Under the pieces are notes generated by a model. That model made no database searches. It saw only the letters and a list, made by a program, of their open reading frames with translations, and was not told where the DNA came from. This document shows, in pieces, positions 46,908 through 55,490 of a stretch of 55,490 bases of DNA (position 1 is the stretch's first letter; each line of letters opens with the position of its first letter). The translations under genes and the position numbers were made by a program. The stretch is taken from IMG/VR virus record IMGVR_UViG_3300037807_000763, positions 1-55,490 of that record; one strand, written 5' to 3'. This DNA is from a virus. Taxonomy: Duplodnaviria > Caudoviricetes.

Positions 46908-47297
46908 TTAGCAATTAATAATTTTATAAAGTTTTGTTTTGACAATATTAAGACCCTGATCATTAGTTAACAGTAGACTATTTTGATATAAGTTCCAGTC
47001 TATTGGAAATGATTTGTCTAACATACCTCCATTATTTTCACGTATTGCTTCATTAAGAGCATTAATTGTGTATAGTGTGTTAGTCTCTTTCTTGCGATGA
47101 ATCGCCATTGTCTTGCTATTCTGAATAAAGTCTTTAGTTTTCTCAACATTATATGTACAGATTAATGAATTACTTTCATCTACATTTTCAAATACATAAA
47201 TCTTGTTAAATACTATATCAGACACACTTATGATTAATTCTGTTACGTCATTAAAATCACTTTTTGTGCAGAAAGTACACAATAATTGGGTTTTCAT
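46908..47297 (-). CDS. Hypothetical protein
   Basis: 129-aa ORF in the replication block, with motifs LLCTF and HRKKETNTLYTINALN. Confidence 0.8.
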   Translation of the reverse strand: MKTQLLCTFCTKSDFNDVTELIISVSDIVFNKIYVFENVDESNSLICTYNVEKTKDFIQNSKTMAIHRKKETNTLYTINALNEAIRENNGGMLDKSFPIDWNLYQNSLLLTNDQGLNIVKTKLYKIINC

Positions 47298-47298
47298 T

Positions 47299-49137
47299 TT
47301 ATTTCTCTACCTTACTTATCAAGCCGTTTTCACCGTGATCATAATATGTACCGCCTTGTATAATTTCGCCATTTTTGTCTGTTTTAACCTTGACTGAGGA
47401 TTTTTCGCTAATGACAAAATCGCCATAATGGTGTTCGTCCTCATCAACTGTTATAATAACACCTGATTCTCTGTGTTTAACATCACCGTAAAGAAAGCCT
47501 ACTAGTATATCTTTCGCCATTTCTATAATTTCCCTTTGTATATGATACTTGTACTCCCGATAAGCAATTTCCTTCAATAGTGCTAATCGATTGCTTTCAC
47601 TATCTGATACTTTTGGATGTTTTTCAATATACTTATTTATTGATTTTTCCATTTTGGCAAGTATATCTGCTCCAAATGGTGGATCTGGTAAATCATCAGA
47701 AGATGCTAGATCTTGAATTTTATCAATGTTTTCTCTATGTTTTTCGGGAACTTTATCTCTATCAATTTTATGAATAGAATTTTTTGCCATTGTTTTAATG
47801 TAATCTTCTACATATTTCCTATCTTCTTTGGGAAGTTTATTTATTAAATTTTTCAAAAGTTCAATATTAGAAGTTGCTGCTCCCTGAATTTTAGATCCCT
47901 TTTTTGTAGACTTTACTGAGATGCCTCGAAAGGCAATTATCTTTGGATCAGCGTTGTCTTCTTTCATAATAATGTCTGCAATCGGATATGAAGGATCAGA
48001 AGGTAAATAAACTTCTTTCCCTTGCGCTAATAAGCCTAAGTAAACAGATATTTCGCCGTAATTCTTGAGAACCTCACTAGCTTCTGCTTCTGAGTATGAT
48101 GCTACAGTAGCATGAAAGTCTGAGTATGCTTTAGCGATTTTTTCTTGATCAATTGGAGTTTCATTGAAGGCTTCTACTGCTTTACTATTATACTCTGTCC
48201 ATGCTTTTTTTGTTTCATTGCTTGTGCTGGACATGATATTATCGTTAACATCACTTAGACAGTTTATTGCTGCACCTCTTGTATCCAAGTTACCGTCTTT
48301 ATCAAAAAGTCCATGATCTACAACATCCACATTAATATCCTCGCCATCAGCATTTTTGCCAATTTTGAGTGTTTTTTTCTTAAGTTTGTCATCTCCGCTT
48401 TTCAAAATAGTCTGGGGCTTAAAGGATACTGGTTTGTGATTAAACGGCGGCATAATACCCTTCATTATACCATGTGACCTAGATCGAAATGCTAAGTCAA
48501 TTCCATCAATTTTGTTTATTTTATCTGCATTCTCCCAAAAAAAATCTTTTATATCTCTATTAGATACACCAGGAATTTCCATCTTGACCTGTGATTCGTC
48601 TACGTAAAAGTTACCTGATACTGGTGTCATAGAAATTGCTGAATTAGAAATTAGATGCTTTTCTTCTTCAGTTAATTCACTGGCATCTAACCTGCCGTTC
48701 ATCACAAGGTATAACTTTGCTATCGCATATTTTGAATCTGAATTTTTTGCTTTGCTTTTTTTATATTTAGCTAAAGATTTCTGTATTTCTTCTTCTTGCG
48801 CATCTGATATTTGTGTTTTCTGTTCTTCTTCAGCAAACTCCTCAGCACCTTTTGTGTAAATAATACTTGATCTATTTGATGAATAGGTTTCCCCATCTTG
48901 AGCCTTCTCTTTAGCTTTTTCCAAAGTGTCACCTATAACATCAGCACTGGGTTTGTCCTTTTTCTCTTCTTTGCCTTCGTTATACAACACTTTACCTACT
49001 ACATCTACATCTAAAAATTTCCTTAATTCTTCAGCGATTAAAAACTTATGGTAATCATTGTCTAAACTCACCATCCCATCATGTGTCTTATACGATACTT
49101 CATTTATTGCATTACTTATAACTTTTTTTAAGTCCAT
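47299..49137 (-). CDS. Large hypothetical protein with a possible C-terminal PD-(D/E)xK nuclease-like domain
   Basis: GE...ADII...GISVK pattern and a charged low-complexity linker. Confidence 0.55.
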   Translation of the reverse strand: MDLKKVISNAINEVSYKTHDGMVSLDNDYHKFLIAEELRKFLDVDVVGKVLYNEGKEEKKDKPSADVIGDTLEKAKEKAQDGETYSSNRSSIIYTKGAEEFAEEEQKTQISDAQEEEIQKSLAKYKKSKAKNSDSKYAIAKLYLVMNGRLDASELTEEEKHLISNSAISMTPVSGNFYVDESQVKMEIPGVSNRDIKDFFWENADKINKIDGIDLAFRSRSHGIMKGIMPPFNHKPVSFKPQTILKSGDDKLKKKTLKIGKNADGEDINVDVVDHGLFDKDGNLDTRGAAINCLSDVNDNIMSSTSNETKKAWTEYNSKAVEAFNETPIDQEKIAKAYSDFHATVASYSEAEASEVLKNYGEISVYLGLLAQGKEVYLPSDPSYPIADIIMKEDNADPKIIAFRGISVKSTKKGSKIQGAATSNIELLKNLINKLPKEDRKYVEDYIKTMAKNSIHKIDRDKVPEKHRENIDKIQDLASSDDLPDPPFGADILAKMEKSINKYIEKHPKVSDSESNRLALLKEIAYREYKYHIQREIIEMAKDILVGFLYGDVKHRESGVIITVDEDEHHYGDFVISEKSSVKVKTDKNGEIIQGGTYYDHGENGLISKVEK

Positions 49138-50431
49138 TTAACCTCTCCGATATGTCTTTCATTGAATTGTAGTTTAATCCAGCTTTTGTTTTAACAGGGA
49201 ATAAACCACCCTGTAGGATTTTTTTGATCTCTAATACTGTTTTGAGTCCCTCTGTCCTATCTAGATCGAATAGAAAACTATCGTACGTGTATAGTATCAT
49301 TTTTGTTTCCTTGACCTCTAGATATTTTTGCAATTTACTTATAGTCTCAATATTTTGTTCTGTTTCGTAAGACTGAATGAAATAGTTTAATAGCTTATTC
49401 TTATTAACATCAGTGATACTATCAGACGTGAACGGTTTCTTATAAATATATGACTTGAAGTGTTTATTTTTACTAAAATATTTGTACAAAATATTTGCTA
49501 ACTGATCTACTTTAAAGAAAAAAGGATTTTCTTCTTCTGACACGCTGATATTTCCATAAAGAATTTGCCATGAAATCTTTTTTGAATCTTCGTATGATGT
49601 CTTGTAGACATTGTCTGCGAAATATTGGTGTAAAGACTCATCTTTTGGAACTTTAAATTTAAGTATGTTTGCAAGAAGTCTCAAATGGTATGCATCATAG
49701 TCAAACTCTACTAACATTCCCTTATCAAATCGCGATATTATAGAAGATCTTGTTCCATCTTTTTTGTTCATGGCACCAAAATTAATACCACGAAATGTGT
49801 TTGAAGGTCTTCCGGTGGCTGTGTAAATATTGAAATTCGGATAACCGTATCCATTTCTAAAAATAGTATCAAAAGATCCATCTTTTATCCTCATACCAGG
49901 TTCTTCTAGTTTTGCAAATGTAAGTAATGCTTGATTATATTTTAAGTAATATTTCTTAATTACTATGTCTTTAGCCTTTTTCACTATTGATTCTAGTCTG
50001 TCCCTGGTGAATTCTAAAACTTTTACTAATGGGATTATTTGATTTGCTGTTCTAAGTAAATAGTTGTTCTCATAGATGTGAGAAAAAACTTGAGGCATTG
50101 GGACTTCTTCATACTGCTTATGTTCTAGATAATAATTTAATTTTATATCATAGCTATTTTCAAATTTTGTTAGATGATAAAACTCTTTCAAGTCATCAAC
50201 CCAAAACCTTTTTGCAACTGATAAGTCTTGAATGTCTAGATTCTCTGAGAATGATTCTGAATGTGAGTAGATAACATCATACATGACATTGTCTACAGAT
50301 AAAGATAATAATATTGGTTTGCTTTCTGCTGGATGATTTCTATAATCGTCTCTTGCAATTACAATAGCGACATCTTTATCTTTAATTCGTTTGATAAGAT
50401 CATTATATTCTGTTTTTGTCTCTATAACCAT
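49112..50431 (-). CDS. Compact, divergent family A DNA polymerase-like protein
   Basis: TATGRPS, motif A FDYDAYHLR, motif B K...ILYG, NYFIQ, motif C YTYDS. Confidence 0.8.
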   Translation of the reverse strand: MVIETKTEYNDLIKRIKDKDVAIVIARDDYRNHPAESKPILLSLSVDNVMYDVIYSHSESFSENLDIQDLSVAKRFWVDDLKEFYHLTKFENSYDIKLNYYLEHKQYEEVPMPQVFSHIYENNYLLRTANQIIPLVKVLEFTRDRLESIVKKAKDIVIKKYYLKYNQALLTFAKLEEPGMRIKDGSFDTIFRNGYGYPNFNIYTATGRPSNTFRGINFGAMNKKDGTRSSIISRFDKGMLVEFDYDAYHLRLLANILKFKVPKDESLHQYFADNVYKTSYEDSKKISWQILYGNISVSEEENPFFFKVDQLANILYKYFSKNKHFKSYIYKKPFTSDSITDVNKNKLLNYFIQSYETEQNIETISKLQKYLEVKETKMILYTYDSFLFDLDRTEGLKTVLEIKKILQGGLFPVKTKAGLNYNSMKDISERLNGLKKSYK

Positions 50432-50472
50432 TTACTATATATATTAGACTACAGTACTAAAGTGCTGTTATT

Positions 50473-51048
50473 TTATGCTTTTGTGTACTCAGGATTTTTT
50501 AGGATTAAATCTATAGTAGTAGTTTCTTTTTCTACGATTGTCTTGTGGAATTGGGTAAGTGGTATGCTATCTAATAAATCTGGCATGATTTTTCTTACGC
50601 TGTTGAGCGAATTAAAGTTGAAAACTTTTGTTTCATTAATTGGTCCAGATATTTGCCACTTAATAGTTACGAATGTGTAAGCCCTTGTAGACGTCTTTGA
50701 TTTAACTTCCATTATGTCATCATTGGGACGAAGTTTATTTTTAGCAAAAGTCCTTGTCATAATTTTCTTACCAAAAGGGAGCTTTTTTAAATTTGGAAAA
50801 TACTGCTTAGGGTAGCTGTCTCTTTTGATTTGCTTCTTTACGTTCTTGTATTCCTGCATGATGTTATTATTCTTAACTCGAATGATGCTTTGATCATTGG
50901 AATTTAGTTCGTACCTTACATCTTTATTGTCCATATAGTATGTAAAATAAATTTGTCCTTGACGTACTATTATTTTTTCTTTACCCACATAAAAAAATTC
51001 ATGCTGCTGTGTGACTGAGGGGCCTTCTATTCTTTCTATGAATGGCAT
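50473..51048 (-). CDS. Hypothetical protein
   Basis: 191-aa ORF at the end of the structural block. Confidence 0.7.
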   Translation of the reverse strand: MPFIERIEGPSVTQQHEFFYVGKEKIIVRQGQIYFTYYMDNKDVRYELNSNDQSIIRVKNNNIMQEYKNVKKQIKRDSYPKQYFPNLKKLPFGKKIMTRTFAKNKLRPNDDIMEVKSKTSTRAYTFVTIKWQISGPINETKVFNFNSLNSVRKIMPDLLDSIPLTQFHKTIVEKETTTIDLILKNPEYTKA

Positions 51049-51050
51049 GA

Positions 51051-54000
51051 TTAGTCTCCTAATCCTGGGGGTAGTTTGTATCCTGCTTCTCTCATTCTGC
51101 GTGCTTTTTCTTGTGCTTTATCTAAAAGTTGTTTTGACTCTGCTTCAGCTGGTGAAAGTTGATCATCTTGTGAGTCACCATGCCAGCCAGCCATTTTTTC
51201 TAAATTATGTTGAAATGATTTTTCAACCTTTTCTACAAGTTCCTCTCTTGATATACTCATATCTCCAAGCGCTTTTTTTATTAACGCGTCTTGTTTTCTT
51301 TCAATCGCTTTGTTATTAATCATGAGTGTTCCTTCAATAGCTGTATCCCATCCATCACTATTAATCTCATGCGTTACTCCTGTGGTTGTAAAGAATGTAG
51401 TTGGGTCAGCATTGATTTGTCCATAGGGATTCGCTGGAAGATACGATAATCTAAACATATTCCCAAGATTAATCCCGCTCAATCCTTCAATTGTCATTGA
51501 TAATGCTATAGGTAATTTCTGTAGTACATACTTCTCTTTTGGTAAGTTTATAATATTTCGTAAAGGATTATCTGATAAATACCAGGTTAATGTCTGATAA
51601 ATGTGTTGTCTGAGTGTGCACGTTGTGTCGTACGGTTTCTTATATTCTAATGACAAGTCTTTGTATTCAGGTAGATCATCAATATTTTCTGGTGGGATTG
51701 CTGTCATTGTTATTTCATCTAGTTTTAGTGCTGTTATTCTGTCTTTTTTAACAATAAAATCTACTTTTTGTTGTACTTGACCTTCAGAGTCTTTCAATCT
51801 TTTATTGAACTGGTCTAATAGGTATGCCCGTGATGATGGTACAAGCTGAACAAGTTCTTCAGATATTTCATGATTCCATTTTGTTCCATTCTTTAATCCA
51901 TCATCTAAAATATTTAATTCTGTCTTCTGATAATTACCTGCTCTTGGATTGCCAAAATTTTTACTAAACTGTAGATCTCCTTGCATTGGAGATATAATAT
52001 TAGATATTAATGTTTTATTGGCAGGATTAGAAAAGAATTTACCCAGTTCTTCTGCTTTTTTCGATTCTTCAGATTTACTTTTCCTCCCTAGTGATTCAAT
52101 AATTGGATCAGGATTAGATTCCCCTCTCATAGCACCCAATCCTGCTGAAATTGCAAATTTGTCACTAAGTGTTGAATTCATTGATATATCTTTTATAATC
52201 GAATTTAAACCATAGTTTTCAAATATGTAAGAATTTTTTGGGTCATCATCAGTATCAGTATTCTCAAGATACTCAGTTGCTTTTGTATTTTTTGATTCTC
52301 CTTTATCATCAGTAGAAGAATTTTTTAGATCACGAATGAAATATGTTGTATTCGCATTTGTAATATTATCTGCTTTGTGTGATTCAAAATCCCAAAATGA
52401 AAATCCAGAATTCAGATTTTTTGCTAGTGATAACATAGCGCTTGAAATTGATGCGCCTGGAGAAGAAAATGCTGACCTAACAGATGGGAGACTTACTAAA
52501 ATATTCCTTAAATAACCTTCACTTCTCTTGTTGTCTGTAGCAAAGGGTTGGAAGCTTGAATTAATATTCTCTGCAAGAATTTTGTAAATATTTGGGTTAC
52601 CGTCCTGGTCTTCATTAGGATGCCAATCTGATGGGAACTGGCCAGGCAAGATAAAGCTTTTATTATGTGTATAAAGTTTCTTATGATTAGATATTTTTAT
52701 GGGTTTCAAATTGCCGATTGCATCCCTACTTACAGAGCGAAACTCTGCTTGTCTTGTTTTGTAATTATCTTGAAACGGTGCATAAAATGATACTATATTA
52801 TCTTCTAGCCATCCCCACTTAATCCATATCTCTGGTTGAAATCCTTTTGCTCTTAAAAGATTACCTTTATCGTCTGCCGTTACGGCATCAATACCGTATT
52901 TAGTTCCATCCCACAACATACCTTCATCAACCATTGATTGTGGTTTAAGAATAGCAACAATACATTTATCTTCTGAAACAACAACAAAAGGTGACTCATC
53001 TTCGTATTCTTTGTCTTTAGTATTAAAATATTTATTAACAATCTCAATGTCTAAAATAGATAATCTTTCTGAAATATTAAAAATGGGGGAATTATCAAGC
53101 TCTTTTTCAATATTAATTGATGCTTTTTGCTCATCAGAAAGATTTTCTTCTAAGTCTTTTTTTATATTTTTAATTACATTATTAAGTTGAAAATTACCTA
53201 TAGGTGCTAAGTCGCCTGCTTTGTTGGGCTTCTTAATCTGTTCTTCAAAAATGTTTGTTCCTTTTGCAAGTATTTCAGTTGTACAATCAAAGCTACCATC
53301 ATCCCGCATAGACCAATCAAATTTTGTCACAATACCAATCATACCGCCCCAGTCACCGTATTTTTCATAAGGTAACGTTGCCCAAGGATTTATAGAACGT
53401 TGTTTGTTAGGGTCATCTTCTTTTGGTGGGATGAACCATTCTTCGTTTAGTTCAATTTTTCCATCTTCTGTTTTTTTAATAATCTCTGGGATATAAAGTT
53501 TTGAATTGAGTGCCTTGTCTGGCCGAGTCCAACCCCAGTCTAGAATTATCCCCCTACCTGGAGACAGAAATGAGCCCTGTTGATATTGTTCTAATTGGTT
53601 TGTATTCCAGCATATCCACTTAACAACTGCTTTTCTTACAGCTCCACCAAATGCAGATCCATCTAAGAATGTAACTGTTGCGCTTTTAATGCCTGGTGCT
53701 GTATGTCCAAACTGTGAACTAACTAGATCATAATGTGAACTCATTCCATAATCTAATGCATTAGCACTTGTTACATCCATCCCGCTAAATCCTTCTTCTT
53801 CTGAAGAGGGGTGTTCACCAATACCTGATAGGGATGACATACCTAAATTAAACATTCCATATAAAACATCTGTGTTGTGGTCACCTGCTGAGATCATTCT
53901 GATGAAGGATGATTTTGCTACTTGTGACTCTCTTGTCAATACAAATTCACCTTTTGAAGTAGGTTCTAATTGTGAGCTTCTAAGCGATGTATCACCATAC

Positions 54001-54077
54001 TCACTTAATGCGTCTATTCTAGCGTCTAAACCAGATCGTATATTTGGATGAATATTTTTTCTAAAACCAAATGACAT
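51051..54077 (-). CDS. Large structural protein, probable baseplate hub/tail protein
   Basis: PGIKS, LDWGW, F.W...DGSFDCTTE and C-terminal LSMTIEGLSG...VTHEI...WDT.I, resembling hub proteins. Follows a LysM-like gene. Confidence 0.55.
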   Translation of the reverse strand: MSFGFRKNIHPNIRSGLDARIDALSEYGDTSLRSSQLEPTSKGEFVLTRESQVAKSSFIRMISAGDHNTDVLYGMFNLGMSSLSGIGEHPSSEEEGFSGMDVTSANALDYGMSSHYDLVSSQFGHTAPGIKSATVTFLDGSAFGGAVRKAVVKWICWNTNQLEQYQQGSFLSPGRGIILDWGWTRPDKALNSKLYIPEIIKKTEDGKIELNEEWFIPPKEDDPNKQRSINPWATLPYEKYGDWGGMIGIVTKFDWSMRDDGSFDCTTEILAKGTNIFEEQIKKPNKAGDLAPIGNFQLNNVIKNIKKDLEENLSDEQKASINIEKELDNSPIFNISERLSILDIEIVNKYFNTKDKEYEDESPFVVVSEDKCIVAILKPQSMVDEGMLWDGTKYGIDAVTADDKGNLLRAKGFQPEIWIKWGWLEDNIVSFYAPFQDNYKTRQAEFRSVSRDAIGNLKPIKISNHKKLYTHNKSFILPGQFPSDWHPNEDQDGNPNIYKILAENINSSFQPFATDNKRSEGYLRNILVSLPSVRSAFSSPGASISSAMLSLAKNLNSGFSFWDFESHKADNITNANTTYFIRDLKNSSTDDKGESKNTKATEYLENTDTDDDPKNSYIFENYGLNSIIKDISMNSTLSDKFAISAGLGAMRGESNPDPIIESLGRKSKSEESKKAEELGKFFSNPANKTLISNIISPMQGDLQFSKNFGNPRAGNYQKTELNILDDGLKNGTKWNHEISEELVQLVPSSRAYLLDQFNKRLKDSEGQVQQKVDFIVKKDRITALKLDEITMTAIPPENIDDLPEYKDLSLEYKKPYDTTCTLRQHIYQTLTWYLSDNPLRNIINLPKEKYVLQKLPIALSMTIEGLSGINLGNMFRLSYLPANPYGQINADPTTFFTTTGVTHEINSDGWDTAIEGTLMINNKAIERKQDALIKKALGDMSISREELVEKVEKSFQHNLEKMAGWHGDSQDDQLSPAEAESKQLLDKAQEKARRMREAGYKLPPGLGD

Positions 54078-54082
54078 AGTAG

Positions 54083-54391
54083 CTATGCTCCGGAATTTAT
54101 AGTTTTAAGGTCACTCAATATTTGACTAATGTCAATAGGAATTCTAAGAGTAGATGCTGCTTTGATTCCGATGTCTGATGGGTCTAGATTGTTTGCTCTG
54201 CTAATTACCCACCATAAGCCTACATCATCATAAAATTTATGTGCAAGAAGATCTAAACGATCACCGTATCGTACAGTGTAAATTTCATCTGAATCTTTTT
54301 CTGGTATACTTGGATATAATGTAGGTTTAAAATATCTAGATTTTGTTTTTTTATCTGTCTTGATTTCTGTACTATGATATCGATTAAACAT
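54083..54391 (-). CDS. LysM-like baseplate wedge / tail-X-type protein
   Basis: GDRLDLLAHKFYDDVGLWWVISRAN...LRIP. Confidence 0.8.
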   Translation of the reverse strand: MFNRYHSTEIKTDKKTKSRYFKPTLYPSIPEKDSDEIYTVRYGDRLDLLAHKFYDDVGLWWVISRANNLDPSDIGIKAASTLRIPIDISQILSDLKTINSGA

Positions 54392-54393
54392 TT

Positions 54394-55446
54394 TTATTTA
54401 TCCTGCCCTAGTTCTGAAAATAGTGGGCGGAAATCTCTATTAATACTTCCAGGTGTAGCAATTTCCTTTACTTCCTCTGTCCCTTTTCTATCTGGGTAAT
54501 TATTAAATTTAACACCGAATCCCATCTTATCCCCTCTCAACCAGGGTAAGCCATAATGTTTACCAGTTGAAATTGGTATGTAACCCCCAATATAAGAAAA
54601 ATCAATTGAAACATTAATTAATTTCGTAAACCTCATACCATAATCTAATTCCCATGTACTATCTTCTGGAAATTCTACAGTAACTCCGCTTAAATAACCA
54701 AGTTGTTGTCTAAGTATATCACCCAGAGTTAATTTGATCAATGGTGCTGTCTGTCTGTAGAATTTATCTAAATTTGGATAGCATAAGCCCACAAGATAAT
54801 TGACTTTTTCAAGTAGTACTGGAAATTCTTGTTTGGATTTTGGGTATATCTTAAAGTTAAAACTTATTTTTCTATCAACGCCCTTATACGTTGCTGACTT
54901 AACGGGTCTTCCAACAAACTGCTCTTCATTCCACTCAGGCGAGATTGTGTCTGTGATACTACCGAGGATAGAGCGGAAAACAATTGTCTTGTCATTAAAT
55001 ACATCTTTAAAAGCTAGCGGCACAAAATCAAGTGTTTCTGCTTTCTGTAGAGCGTCATTTGATAACTCATCTTCATTGTGCCCATAAGGTATTATGTTTA
55101 CTGAATCAGTACCTGAATAATTGTATTTATCATCATCACTTTTTTTAATAGTTCCTAAAAATATATCGTCTACTGATTCAACGCCTACCTTATCACCTTG
55201 TTTACCAATAGCATATACTTTTTTTTGCATGTGATCTCGTATTCCCGTTCTATCAGTAGAAATTTTGTCTGCTTTAGGTCCACTTAATGCAGATAATGTT
55301 TCAGTTCTGTTTCCGCCCGAACCACCAAATAAAGTGTCTATTGTTTGATTTAATTCTGATGCACTCCTTAGGGTTTTTTCATATCTGAGTGATGCGGCAC
55401 CTCCTGGGTCAACGAATTGATTCTTATCACTTGCGCCTAACGCCAT
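54394..55446 (-). CDS. Probable baseplate/tail-tube initiator-like structural protein
   Basis: WNEEQFVGR...YKGVDRKISFNF, PLIKLTLGD, GYLSGV, WE. Lies upstream of the LysM-like gene. Confidence 0.6.
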   Translation of the reverse strand: MALGASDKNQFVDPGGAASLRYEKTLRSASELNQTIDTLFGGSGGNRTETLSALSGPKADKISTDRTGIRDHMQKKVYAIGKQGDKVGVESVDDIFLGTIKKSDDDKYNYSGTDSVNIIPYGHNEDELSNDALQKAETLDFVPLAFKDVFNDKTIVFRSILGSITDTISPEWNEEQFVGRPVKSATYKGVDRKISFNFKIYPKSKQEFPVLLEKVNYLVGLCYPNLDKFYRQTAPLIKLTLGDILRQQLGYLSGVTVEFPEDSTWELDYGMRFTKLINVSIDFSYIGGYIPISTGKHYGLPWLRGDKMGFGVKFNNYPDRKGTEEVKEIATPGSINRDFRPLFSELGQDK

Positions 55447-55490
55447 ATAGCTGAGAACAGGATTATTTTTAATCTCAACAGAAGAAGGTG

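Noticed and set aside
1386-55087. Plus-strand ORFs in the track
   Set aside because: They are almost all antisense shadows of well-supported minus-strand genes and show no recognisable motifs.
1-55490. Stop-codon reassignment
   Set aside because: Long intact genes end in TAA, TAG and TGA with tight packing, and there is no suppressor tRNA in the window.

Overview
This is an AT-rich segment of a large, probably lytic, tailed dsDNA phage with T4-like or jumbo-myovirus-style gene content. Essentially all genes are on the minus strand, and the code is standard (table 11). Reading in transcription order (right to left): (1) probable baseplate/tail genes; (2) a short family-A polymerase-like gene; (3) a replication core of gp32-like SSB, RecA/UvsX, 5'-3' exonuclease, DnaB/gp41 helicase and class II RNR; (4) a dense nucleotide-metabolism island around a DnaE polymerase; (5) a ~15 kb glycosylation island with a CMP-ulosonate synthetase and a GT29 sialyltransferase-like gene; (6) a Dam-like methylase flanked by a perfect 54-bp direct repeat; (7) three tandem nucleotidyltransferase genes; (8) a vWA gene and an AAA+ gene that share a duplicated promoter/leader; (9) two tRNAs; (10) a second ThyX. 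The island in (4) holds an NDT-family glycosidase, HD hydrolase, divergent ThyX, NDP-sugar epimerase, a kinase/thymidylate-synthase-fold fusion, a MazG/dUTPase-like protein, dCMP deaminase and an Nmad1-like protein. It is the best candidate for an undescribed system: a possible modified-pyrimidine (probably cytosine-derived) DNA pathway. The next candidates are the ulosonate glycosylation island and the possibly virion-packaged nucleotidyltransferase trio. All family calls are by-eye motif recognition; no searches were run.
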